Positions 22,667 to 31,298 of a DNA stretch of 46,542 nt are shown here, piece after piece; position 1 is the first letter of the stretch; every line of letters starts with the position of its first letter. Source of the stretch: a virus; IMG/VR virus record IMGVR_UViG_3300045988_082870, positions 1 to 46,542 of that record; one strand, given 5' to 3'. Made by a program: the position numbers and the translations under genes. The notes under the pieces were generated by a model, which saw only the letters and a program-made list of their open reading frames with translations, did no database searches and was not told the origin of the DNA.

Positions 22667-24347
22667 AATCTTTAAATTTATTGGTTATTACTTCTATTTT
22701 TTTGTTAAGAGTTAAAACACTTCCAAATTCCAATATGTTAATATTTTCCCTCTCAAATCTGTCGACAAAGTTAGCAAAATTTATCTTAATTATCAACATA
22801 ATAGGGTCAATAAGTTGCTTGCTGTATAAATTTTGCACTTCGTTCAATGTCAAATGCCTGTACGGCTCTAATTGTTTCAGCAAATACATCCTTTGCATCT
22901 GTTGTGGGTTGTTGCGGTTTTCCGTAGCGATAATTTGGTCTGAAATCATATCTAACCGGGCTTCGCTTGCGCCGCTTTTCTTGGCTGCGTCATAAATGGC
23001 CTGCAAATCCTCAACGCTATACAAATAGAACTCTGTGCCCCAATTAATGTTTGAGCTGACGAATGCTTCGCCGTACCTTAACCGGCATATCGTATCATCA
23101 ACGAACTTCTGCGCTTCCTCAAAGTTTTTCTTAATGCTGGTTAGGACATTTTTCTTATCCTCGAAGTTGGCAGTTACTTGTCGTTCGTTAATGCTTTCTT
23201 TCTGCTGCACCTCTCCGCCTGTGCCGGTTACTTTCTCGTATATCTCATTTGCCATTCTCTTTTCTTCCTCGACATTATAATCAAGGCTATTGCGGTCTAC
23301 CGTTGTAATTGTTACAGGGTCTTTTAAGTCTGCCGTACCGTCCTTTGGTATCGGGACTTCAATAAATGAGCCTGCCCCGGCGATGTGCTTTGTGCCGCAA
23401 ACCGGGCAACGCTCGACCATACCGTCACGTGTTATCTTATATTCGCCATTTGCGTTGCGCAAAAATCCGCCGTCACAATAATCGCCGGTTTCGTTGTTCC
23501 TAAAACTGCAATCAGCGGCGTAGGCTGAATAAATCGGGTAAGGTGCATATAAATCAAGATGTCTTTTTGATACCCGGAAAAATAAGAGCCAATCCAAATT
23601 GCCTAACTGCGGCGATAATGGACTTTTCTTTATATCCGGCTGCTGCTGTGATAGCGGCGTTGTCCAAAAGAATTTGGCCGGACAATAGCCTAAATTGTGC
23701 TGTACTTCGGTTATCATGTTTCCGACTTTCCCTTTGTCGTCCACTTCAAACACACGCATAAATTCATCGTCAAATGCGGCAATCTTTTTTTCCGGCTGCT
23801 TGAATATTATCCACTCCAAATCATCCCCTTTAGACTTGTAGTCAATAACGTTTTCAATGCCCAAGAAATAGAAATAAGGAGCTGGCCGCTCCGTAACTTG
23901 CTGCGCCGGCATATCTACCACCATAACGCTGTTTATTGCTGTCTGTAATGTCGCCCACCCCTTAGACTTCCATACATTCGGCTCATGCATTATATCGTGG
24001 CGGTAATATTCCCAATCGTCATTTAGCGTGCTGTCTGTAAATTGGTAAGTGACGGCAGGGTTTCTGCCGTCAAATACTCTTTCCAACTCTTGATAAATCT
24101 TAGTAGTTAATTCGATGTTCTGCGTAGGAAATTTGAACAAAGTTAGGAAAATACGAAACTTATCCTTTGGTATTAATTTCTTCACCCATTCGGCAAATTC
24201 TGTGAATGGGGCGGAAATATCCATAGGGTTGATATAGCTTTCTGTGTGAAAGCGCAACCGGGCTTCGTGTGATATGGCCTTTTGAATTAATTGTTTATTC
24301 TTCGGCCGTAGCACTATTTCCTTGACTTGCTCTCTTTGTAATGCCAT
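22536..24347 (-). CDS. Portal protein (putative)
   Basis: 603 aa, located between the terminase and scaffold/capsid genes. The C-terminal tail is low-complexity and rich in G/N/A/S. Confidence 0.65.
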   Translation of the reverse strand: MALQREQVKEIVLRPKNKQLIQKAISHEARLRFHTESYINPMDISAPFTEFAEWVKKLIPKDKFRIFLTLFKFPTQNIELTTKIYQELERVFDGRNPAVTYQFTDSTLNDDWEYYRHDIMHEPNVWKSKGWATLQTAINSVMVVDMPAQQVTERPAPYFYFLGIENVIDYKSKGDDLEWIIFKQPEKKIAAFDDEFMRVFEVDDKGKVGNMITEVQHNLGYCPAKFFWTTPLSQQQPDIKKSPLSPQLGNLDWLLFFRVSKRHLDLYAPYPIYSAYAADCSFRNNETGDYCDGGFLRNANGEYKITRDGMVERCPVCGTKHIAGAGSFIEVPIPKDGTADLKDPVTITTVDRNSLDYNVEEEKRMANEIYEKVTGTGGEVQQKESINERQVTANFEDKKNVLTSIKKNFEEAQKFVDDTICRLRYGEAFVSSNINWGTEFYLYSVEDLQAIYDAAKKSGASEARLDMISDQIIATENRNNPQQMQRMYLLKQLEPYRHLTLNEVQNLYSKQLIDPIMLIIKINFANFVDRFERENINILEFGSVLTLNKKIEVITNKFKDYAKEQQSNIAARQDSGTNGAGAGSGANQQPAGSNNGNTGGNAG

Positions 24348-24507
24348 CGTAGTAATCGAATTGATAAGGTGAATTGTCCGGCAATATCCAGCCGCCGTTA
24401 TTCGGCATTCTCAATATTCGCTCGGCGTGGTTTATTTCAAACTCCTGTGTTTTGCCGTCTGCCGTTTCCAGCTCAACAGTACTTCCGGGCTTGCGTGGTA
24501 TTTTCAT
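24295..24507 (-). CDS. Hypothetical protein (70 aa)
   Basis: ORF track. Its start codon abuts the stop of the upstream gene, and it overlaps the portal start by 53 nt. Confidence 0.45.
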   Translation of the reverse strand: MKIPRKPGSTVELETADGKTQEFEINHAERILRMPNNGGWILPDNSPYQFDYYDGITKRASQGNSATAEE

Positions 24508-25154
24508 TATTCTGCCTTTTTTAAATCAGTCAGTGGGTTGAAGTCATCGGGCTTAATTCTAACGAGTTTGTCGCTCCAATTAGGAACAAACTTCCATTCA
24601 ATGGAGTTGCTGTCCGGGCTTTCAAATCCGCCCAAATTCTTATCTCCGACAAACAGTCCTCTAATTGGTATCGGGCTGTATTTTGTCGGGTTTTTAACAT
24701 CATCGGCAAGTGCCCCAATCATGCCGTTACCGTCTACGAGATAAACGCCCAAAGCTCCCTCACACTGCAAGTTTTTCAACGCTTCGATTGTGTCTTGGTG
24801 TTCCCTTAACAATGAGCCTGTGAAAGATGTCGGCTCTCGGCCAATGTTTATCTCTATACCGTCAAGGGTCTCATTTCCGCCGCCGTATGTTCTTGCTGCT
24901 CCAGGCTCTGTCACTGGTGCATTGATATATGGACTTGGCACTATTTTTGTACCGTCATTTGCGGATAGAAACGCCGTCCAACTCGTCAATTTCGCAATGT
25001 CGTTGCTGTCTTTTACAAATTCATTTTTCTTTCCGGCGGCGCTTTCGAGACGCTGAAAAAGTACCTTTTGAATCTGTCCGAAACTTTCCGGGCAATCGTA
25101 CAATGGTACATCGTTCAAACTTTCTGCCAAAGGGCAATTACAAATCAATCCCAT
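24507..25154 (-). CDS. Beta-rich virion protein, possibly tail-tube/major-tail-like (uncertain)
   Basis: 215 aa with its own consensus promoter. The overall sequence pattern (...PIPIRGLFVGDKNLGG...EWKFVPNW...) resembles tail tube proteins, but I cannot verify this without a search. Confidence 0.4.
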   Translation of the reverse strand: MGLICNCPLAESLNDVPLYDCPESFGQIQKVLFQRLESAAGKKNEFVKDSNDIAKLTSWTAFLSANDGTKIVPSPYINAPVTEPGAARTYGGGNETLDGIEINIGREPTSFTGSLLREHQDTIEALKNLQCEGALGVYLVDGNGMIGALADDVKNPTKYSPIPIRGLFVGDKNLGGFESPDSNSIEWKFVPNWSDKLVRIKPDDFNPLTDLKKAE

Positions 25155-25183
25155 AATCTATTAAATTAAATGTTAAACTTATT

Positions 25184-25249
25184 CGTGGCTTTGGTTTACC
25201 CTTTGCCCAAAACCACGACAAATATACTTTATTTTTTCAATATCTCAAA
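25184..25249 (-). promoter_or_regulatory. Consensus promoter downstream of TerL, with an adjacent 11-bp hairpin
   Basis: On the minus strand: TTTG (25246..25249), a 19-nt spacer, then TATATTTG (25219..25226). It is immediately followed by the hairpin CGUGGUUUUGG-(12 nt)-CCAAAGCCACG (25184..25217). Confidence 0.65.
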
Positions 25250-25255
25250 CAAAAA

Positions 25256-27787
25256 CTAATTTTTTTGCACAATTCCATGCGCCTGTGTAAGTATTTCTCT
25301 TTCAACAATGCCTGTTAGGCAGTCGCTGCAATCATCGTGAGCATTAGCCTTAAAGTTTCGCAAAAACTTTGTTACGGCCTCATAGAACGCCGGATAACGT
25401 GTTTCCCAATCGAACGGCATTAGAATGTGATATGTTACTAAACCGGCGTTCGTAATAATTCTGCTCTCCTTGTTGTCCGTTTGTGTAAACGAATAGATGC
25501 GTGCTGTTGTCTTTGGCTCTATTATCTTTGCAAAGCTCCTGCCGCCGTTGTTGCTCTCTATATATGCGTATTGCGTTGCTTCCCGGTTTAACATCATCGG
25601 CACAGCCTGTGTTGTCTTTTCTATTGGCTCGTCAGTGTAAACTATATCAGTAACGGCAAGGAACATGACGGGGCGGCCATGCTCATCCTTGGCATCCCGT
25701 GATATTATCTTGTTATAACATATTGAACAAAGATAGTCCGAGCCTGTATCTGCGCAATCTGTATAATTACCCTTAGCCACAAGGCTGCCCCAATCTTGCC
25801 ACCTAACATAAGTACGGAAAGGCTCGTACAAAAGGCCAACAGCACTGCCTGGCTGTCCTTGGTACAAGCAATCAAATTGCACCTTATCGAGCTTACGTTT
25901 CGACATCAGGCTTTCAAGGCTGTGTTTGCTCGGCCACAAGGCTTGCCCAAATTCTCGTGGGTCAAAGTCTGTTTTCTCGGTTGTCTTAATCGCTTCAAAG
26001 TTTATGCGTACCCATGCCCCACTTGGTATGTTCTGTAAATCTTCTTTTCGCTCAATGTCGATTACTCGCTCCGTCTTTTCTATCCGCCCCACCAAATCAT
26101 CGCTGTGCCAGCGTGTGAATACGATAAGCTCTTGGCTATCGTTGTGTAGTCGTGTCTTGACTACTGTCGTGTACCATTTCCACGCCGCTTCCCTAATTAC
26201 CGGGCTGTTAGCTTCTTGATAGTCCTTATAAACATCGTCCATTATCATTATGTCTACCGGCTTACCTGTCAGTGGGCCACCACGGCCGACAACTCGCAAA
26301 CTGCCGGTATGGCCGACACACTCTATCACATCGCTGTTACGCTGGTAAACGCTGGCAAATGTAACCTTATTACTACGTGATAAGTAAGTTTGCGGAAATA
26401 GCTCGTTGTATTCCGGGGTGTCGATAATTTTCTGAACATCTCGGTTGAAATCTCGTGCAAAGGTTGTTGAATAGCTGCCTATTGCCACTTTTTTATCCGG
26501 GTTGTTGCCTAAAACAAATGCCGGCAGCTTTCGGCTTGAGCCCTCGGAATTATGCGTTGGGATAAACGTATCGCCAACAAGATAAACGCCGCCCTCAACT
26601 TGGATACAATTCCCATAACCCAAATTATCCCTCTTTTCAATGGCAACAATCGCCCTTTTTTTATTCTTGGATAACGTTGTAATCTTTTTCCTTGGTACGG
26701 CGGTGGGGAATGCCATTGTAGGGTTGAAACAAAGTTGATAAACGACTTTACGGCCTTTTATTCCGCTGGTGCTCGTTTTAGGTACAAAGCTGCATACCAC
26801 TACCGATTGGCCGAGGGAACGGAGCATAAACGCCGCATCGTCAATTATCCTCTTGCTCGTGTTAGATATTGTCACACGTCCGTTCTTTTGGTAAACATAT
26901 CCGTCTGTATCTATAAGGCCAGCAATAACTTGCGCCCTTACCTCTACGGAATTGTATTTATATACATCGGGAATATGCTTGTTATTTATCAAGCCATATT
27001 CCGCCAACTTTATTTGCTTGCCAAAATAATAATATTCAACGCCTGTGTCTTTCTGCGTCCAAAAGCTGGTGGCCTGGTATGGCATTCGCTCTGTTATCTG
27101 ATAGTCCCCATTGCCTATCGTCATTTGCGGTGCGCTACTTTTGCCATCGCCTAACCATGCGCCCAAAGTATATGGGTCTATCTTTACGGTCTTATATGGG
27201 AAATTCACACAAACATTTGCATCAACTTGGTATTTGTATCGACTGCCCCTCTTGCCGCTTCCTCTGTATATGTCGCCACTCGCATAAATCACTTTTGTTT
27301 CCAACGTTTCTTCTTTATGCTTCGACCTATTGAATACCACCCATTCATGATTGCCGTGGCATTCTATACTTGCGCCATCGGAAAATTTTACAACGTATTC
27401 GGAACGTGTTTTTGGCGAAGTCCATAACACTTTTACTGGCTGGCCGTTACGGCCAAAGACATAATCGCCCACAGACAAATCCCCATGCCTTTTTATTCCG
27501 TTCGGCGTGACTACTTCTTGGCTGTCCGATATTTGTTTGCCGTGTTGCGGCGGCATAGTTACTATTAGTTTTTTTATCTTTCCTTTGGCGAAAAGGTTAA
27601 GTACGGTATAATATACCCGGTGGAATGGTTGTATGTCCAAATTCGGCTGCATATAGCGTGCAAAGGCCAACAGGTCATGCCGGGCTGCAACCTTGACAAT
27701 CTCCCGAGGGTTTTCCTGCAAATACTTAACGGCTGATAATAGCTCCTGCCGCTCCTGTTGTTGTTCGTTATTTGCTAAATCTGTCAT
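25256..27787 (-). CDS. terL: Terminase large subunit, interrupted by an intein (precursor 843 aa; spliced about 514 aa)
   Basis: The Walker A loop is split as MPPQHGK / intein / SEGSS. Walker B is VDIMIMDD. The C-terminal nuclease-type acidic motifs are DCADTGSDY and NAHDDCSD. The gene follows TerS. Confidence 0.85.
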   Translation of the reverse strand: MTDLANNEQQQERQELLSAVKYLQENPREIVKVAARHDLLAFARYMQPNLDIQPFHRVYYTVLNLFAKGKIKKLIVTMPPQHGKQISDSQEVVTPNGIKRHGDLSVGDYVFGRNGQPVKVLWTSPKTRSEYVVKFSDGASIECHGNHEWVVFNRSKHKEETLETKVIYASGDIYRGSGKRGSRYKYQVDANVCVNFPYKTVKIDPYTLGAWLGDGKSSAPQMTIGNGDYQITERMPYQATSFWTQKDTGVEYYYFGKQIKLAEYGLINNKHIPDVYKYNSVEVRAQVIAGLIDTDGYVYQKNGRVTISNTSKRIIDDAAFMLRSLGQSVVVCSFVPKTSTSGIKGRKVVYQLCFNPTMAFPTAVPRKKITTLSKNKKRAIVAIEKRDNLGYGNCIQVEGGVYLVGDTFIPTHNSEGSSRKLPAFVLGNNPDKKVAIGSYSTTFARDFNRDVQKIIDTPEYNELFPQTYLSRSNKVTFASVYQRNSDVIECVGHTGSLRVVGRGGPLTGKPVDIMIMDDVYKDYQEANSPVIREAAWKWYTTVVKTRLHNDSQELIVFTRWHSDDLVGRIEKTERVIDIERKEDLQNIPSGAWVRINFEAIKTTEKTDFDPREFGQALWPSKHSLESLMSKRKLDKVQFDCLYQGQPGSAVGLLYEPFRTYVRWQDWGSLVAKGNYTDCADTGSDYLCSICYNKIISRDAKDEHGRPVMFLAVTDIVYTDEPIEKTTQAVPMMLNREATQYAYIESNNGGRSFAKIIEPKTTARIYSFTQTDNKESRIITNAGLVTYHILMPFDWETRYPAFYEAVTKFLRNFKANAHDDCSDCLTGIVEREILTQAHGIVQKN
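26549..27535 (-). mobile_element. Intein with LAGLIDADG homing endonuclease domain (TerL residues 85-413)
   Basis: A block A-like start QISDSQEVVTPNG. Block B reads HGNHEW. The LAGLIDADG motifs are LGAWLGDGKS and IAGLIDTDGYV. Block F reads YGNCIQVEGGVYLVGD. The insert ends IPTHN and is followed by Ser. Confidence 0.8.
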
Positions 27788-27826
27788 TTTGTCAATACTC
27801 CTTATTTTACATAGTGTCAGCTCCGC

Positions 27827-28048
27827 TTATTTTACACTTTTCGCATTTTGCGGCGGTTTTGGTTTCCATTTGTCGCAAGCCGGCTCGCTGCGCAACCTCT
27901 TGCGGCGTTCCTCGTATGGGCATTTTAAACAAATCGGGTTGCCGTTTACATCGAGGTTTTTAAATTCGTATGAAAATTCGCCCCATCCACACTCGCCGCA
28001 TACGTGCTTTCTGTACTCCGGGACTTGCTTAATCTGTTTCTTTGCCAT
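27827..28048 (-). CDS. Small zinc-ribbon protein between TerS and TerL
   Basis: It contains CGECGWGEF...CLKCPY. The likely start is the ATG at 28048 (MAKKQIKQ); the track ORF extends to 28111 inside TerS. Confidence 0.55.
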   Translation of the reverse strand: MAKKQIKQVPEYRKHVCGECGWGEFSYEFKNLDVNGNPICLKCPYEERRKRLRSEPACDKWKPKPPQNAKSVK

Positions 28049-28712
28049 TTTTGCTCTCCTCTTGTCTTTTATTAAATTCTGCGTCTTGTAACTTATAAGC
28101 CATTTCGACAATCATATCCATAGGTAAAGCATTTACATCATATTTTGCTCCTGCCGGGCTTTCTTCCTTTGGCGGCTCATTATACACATTCACGTTTACC
28201 GGGGCGTTATAGCCTAATAGTTTCGCCCGGCGTTCTTGTACTTTTAACAACAAGTCCAAAAATCGAGGGTCGCCGTTTGTCGTTTCCAAACTTCTTTCGG
28301 CTAACTGTCCGCCGGTTGCGATATGGTCGTCAATGCTTCCGCCCTTAATCTTAGTCTTTCGCTTACTTCCTTTGCTTGCTTCCCATGCTGCCCATAGCTC
28401 CACCTCTATCTTGTCGAGCTTCTTGAGCTCTAACTGCATATAATTATCAATATCGGTAAACCGTTCTTTTTTCCACTCGGCTAATACCGAGTTTATGTCT
28501 TGATATACGGTCTTGTACGTTATAGTGTATGTTAGGCCGTTCTCGTGGTTTGCTTCGTTTAGGCGGTCGGCAATATCTCTGTAAGTATGGCCTTTTACAA
28601 ACAGGTTAGCGCAAAACCTCTTGTCTGCTTCTCTTTGCTCGACTGTCCTCTTTCCGCCTTTCATCTTTTGGTTTGCCTTGTATCGTGGATTGCCTTTTGC
28701 CCAGGGGTTCAT
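28029..28712 (-). CDS. terS: Terminase small subunit (putative)
   Basis: 227 aa with an N-terminal HTH-like region (GHTYRDIADRLN). The segment GDPRFLDLLLKVQERRAKLLGYN is typical of TerS oligomerisation regions. It lies immediately upstream of the TerL region. Confidence 0.7.
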   Translation of the reverse strand: MNPWAKGNPRYKANQKMKGGKRTVEQREADKRFCANLFVKGHTYRDIADRLNEANHENGLTYTITYKTVYQDINSVLAEWKKERFTDIDNYMQLELKKLDKIEVELWAAWEASKGSKRKTKIKGGSIDDHIATGGQLAERSLETTNGDPRFLDLLLKVQERRAKLLGYNAPVNVNVYNEPPKEESPAGAKYDVNALPMDMIVEMAYKLQDAEFNKRQEESKNGKETD

Positions 28713-28855
28713 ATTTGTTACTCTTTTAAAAATGTTGTGAAGTTATTTGAAGTAAAATTCTCTCACAATCGTTTCAAACTTTTTAAGTATGTAATTTATC
28801 CGATTATGAGAGAAAACGCCACAGACGGCTTCATATTGGCCGCACTGTCAAGCTA

Positions 28856-29275
28856 TTAAGATGTTTTACTTTCTGATGCTGTTTCCTGTGCCCGGCTTTT
28901 TTCCTGTGCTTCGGTCTGCTGTTCTTCTTCGCTTTCTTGCATTAATGGTGTTGTTTGGCTCGGATAAATTCCGTTGTCTGCGTCATTGATTAGTATATCG
29001 TAGTAATCGGGTAAAACCGACAGGAAATCATATAGCTTATCCTCGTTAGTGCTTATAATGCTTATGGCCGTGCAATTTTCCTGTGGAAATGTCGTTGCGG
29101 TCAGCGTCATTACATCTGTAATGTAGCACATTGAAAATATTCCATTGTCTGTTGCGTCTGTATAACTTAATATCTTAACGCCTATATCTCCGAAAACCTT
29201 TTTAAACTTGGTTTTAAGCTGGCTTACGCTATTTATCCAGCCCGAATAATTCAATATCTTGGCTATCATATTCAA
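28856..29275 (-). CDS. Hypothetical protein with acidic C-terminus (139 aa)
   Basis: ORF track. It overlaps the methyltransferase 3' end by 47 nt. Confidence 0.5.
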   Translation of the reverse strand: MNMIAKILNYSGWINSVSQLKTKFKKVFGDIGVKILSYTDATDNGIFSMCYITDVMTLTATTFPQENCTAISIISTNEDKLYDFLSVLPDYYDILINDADNGIYPSQTTPLMQESEEEQQTEAQEKSRAQETASESKTS

Positions 29276-30746
29276 TCTTTTTAAATTGTTCCCTAATTTT
29301 GCTTTGCTCTCCCTTGAAAAACACTAAAACGTTTTTATTTACCGAAACGACCTTGCGGCTGTCAATGGCTCTGTTTATTTGGAAATTATGCTCACCTTTG
29401 AAAAACACTAAAACGTTTTGGTGATTTTTGGCTATCTTGCGCATTTCCATATACTTCCCGGCTCGCAGTGCTGTGCTCGCTCCGCTTTCTATTAAGATAA
29501 GTTCGTTATAAAGCCCTGCGCCGTGTTTCTTGAAAATACGCTTTATATCGCCTACGAAATCGTAGTAAAAGCCGGTTTTCTTGTTTCTTACATCGCCTAC
29601 TACAACAACTGCAAATCTATTTTCACGTAAACATTTCAATGCGCCGGCAAAACCGTTTTCCAAAATATTCAAAAATGCTTCGTAGGTTGCGGCGTTGCTT
29701 GCGTCATTAGGTAAATCGCTGTAATGTTCCAAATCGAAATATGGTGGGCAACTCATAACCAAATCCACGCTATTTTCTTCGAAATGGTTTGCTACGTTCT
29801 GCCCATCGTCAAGAATATAATTTACTCGTAAGTTAGGAAAACGCTGTAATATCTTGTTGTTCTCCTGTACCTGTTCCGGGCGTATTTCTATACCTGTAAA
29901 ATCGTTTCCTAAATATCCGAAAACTAAGCCTTTGTAAACATCGCCGGCGAAAGGGTCTATTATCTTACATCCGGGATAACCAAACCAACGTACTATTATT
30001 TCGGATAATACAGGGTCAAATATACTCGTTCCGCTGCCCAATGCCTGCGCTTCGACTTTTCGTTTTTCTTCTTCTGAAACAAATCGCTCTAAATATTCGG
30101 CAAAGGATATTCCAAGCTCTTTGCGTCTTAATTTGCTGCGCTCGTAAATCGTCTTATACTTTAATTCCGGGCTTTTCATGTTAGTGTCTTGGCGGCTCTC
30201 TCCATTCGCTCCAATAATCGCTTTCCATTGCTTTTTGCGCTGCTGCCAATATCCTTGCCGTGTGTCTAATATACTAAACGGCGGTATAACGAATTTATCC
30301 AATAGCGAAACATGGTTACTTGCCGTTTTCTTGACCTTTTGTTCTTCGAGCTTGGTTAAGCCCCAATCAACCAAATTCATACTGTCGAACTTATCCTCAA
30401 GTATGTCGAAATCCCAATCTCCGCCGAGGGCGTTTGCCGTGATGTTTGCCTTTTCTCGCTGTTTTTCATCCCAGCGCACCTGTCGGTAATTTAATTTTTG
30501 GCCGTCAAATATGACATATCCCCATGCAACTGTGCCCTGCTTATTCGGTGTGTCGTATTTTTCTACGATGTCGATTTGGCACTTGTTTATGTCAATAACC
30601 CTGCTTCGCTGGTTGCCGGAAATAATTTCATCGCTATTTAAATCGTGTACTATTCCCGACAAGTCGCCAAGTTCTTCAATGTTAGCTTTTAATTTAGCTA
30701 ATTGTTTTTCGCTTATTTTTCGTGGATTTTTATTGTACTGCTTCAT
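29229..30746 (-). CDS. ParB-like nuclease domain fused to an N6-adenine/N4-cytosine DNA methyltransferase
   Basis: The N-terminus (KLKANIEELGDLSGIVHDLNSDEIISGNQR) is ParB/Srx-like. The SAM motif I is IIDPFAGD and the catalytic motif IV is SCPPY. The C-terminal motif NVLVFFKGE occurs twice. Confidence 0.8.
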   Translation of the reverse strand: MKQYNKNPRKISEKQLAKLKANIEELGDLSGIVHDLNSDEIISGNQRSRVIDINKCQIDIVEKYDTPNKQGTVAWGYVIFDGQKLNYRQVRWDEKQREKANITANALGGDWDFDILEDKFDSMNLVDWGLTKLEEQKVKKTASNHVSLLDKFVIPPFSILDTRQGYWQQRKKQWKAIIGANGESRQDTNMKSPELKYKTIYERSKLRRKELGISFAEYLERFVSEEEKRKVEAQALGSGTSIFDPVLSEIIVRWFGYPGCKIIDPFAGDVYKGLVFGYLGNDFTGIEIRPEQVQENNKILQRFPNLRVNYILDDGQNVANHFEENSVDLVMSCPPYFDLEHYSDLPNDASNAATYEAFLNILENGFAGALKCLRENRFAVVVVGDVRNKKTGFYYDFVGDIKRIFKKHGAGLYNELILIESGASTALRAGKYMEMRKIAKNHQNVLVFFKGEHNFQINRAIDSRKVVSVNKNVLVFFKGEQSKIREQFKKIEYDSQDIELFGLDK

Positions 30747-30771
30747 GTTACTGCTATTTTTTCGCTAAATG

Positions 30772-30802
30772 CAAAGTTACATCTTTTTTTGGAAAAAGCA
30801 AA
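30772..30802 (-). promoter_or_regulatory. Consensus promoter for the methyltransferase / packaging genes
   Basis: On the minus strand: TTTG (30799..30802), a 19-nt spacer, then TAACTTTG (30772..30779). It lies 25 nt upstream of the ATG at 30746. Confidence 0.65.
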
Positions 30803-30825
30803 GCCGGAGTAAAAACTTCGGCTTT
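30800..30825 (-). terminator. Hairpin after the ASCH gene, possible terminator overlapping the -33 box
   Basis: The plus strand reads aaagccggag-taaaaa-cttcggcttt. The minus-strand RNA has one A-C mismatch and is followed by GCUUUUUCC. Confidence 0.35.
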
Positions 30826-30830
30826 TCTTG

Positions 30831-31298
30831 TTACTTAACGATTGGATTTTTCAGACTTCGAGGATATGGCATTATAACGCCTTTTGTATATATGAGGTTG
30901 TAAATACCCAACTGTCCTTTTACAGGATATTCTATAGCTCTGCGGATGTCACGCAAAAACCACCCAAAACCGCCCTTTTCTTTCGCTGTGGCGGCTTCTG
31001 TTTCTGCCAGCTTAGTGTTTCCCCACTCTTCCGGCGTAAGCTCCGACAGCGGCTTGCAATCGTATAATTCGGCAAATGCAAGCGTGCAGCCGTAGCCGGG
31101 TATGCCGTCATTCCGTCCGTCTTTGCTGGCGCATATAAGGAGCTGCCCCCGGTACTTGGTCGGCTTAGTCCTCACTTCGATTGTTTTCTCTCCGCTGGCT
31201 ATCATGCCGGCGTATGGCTGTTTAACCGACAAGGCCTTGAACTTGTCGTGAAATATCGGGTCGTATTCTTCTGCCTTGTACTGCATTATTCTTCCCAA
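30831..31298 (-). CDS. ASCH (PUA-like) domain protein
   Basis: The segment ALSVKQPYAGMIASGEKTIEVRTKPTKYRGQLLICASK is a typical ASCH N-terminal beta-barrel signature. Confidence 0.7.
   Translation of the reverse strand: MGRIMQYKAEEYDPIFHDKFKALSVKQPYAGMIASGEKTIEVRTKPTKYRGQLLICASKDGRNDGIPGYGCTLAFAELYDCKPLSELTPEEWGNTKLAETEAATAKEKGGFGWFLRDIRRAIEYPVKGQLGIYNLIYTKGVIMPYPRSLKNPIVK

Noticed and set aside
22249-22675. Plus-strand ORFs (139 aa and 69 aa) across the scaffold/portal junction.
   Set aside because: They are antisense to two well-supported minus-strand genes, have Pro/Leu/Phe-rich low-complexity translations and lack regulatory signals.
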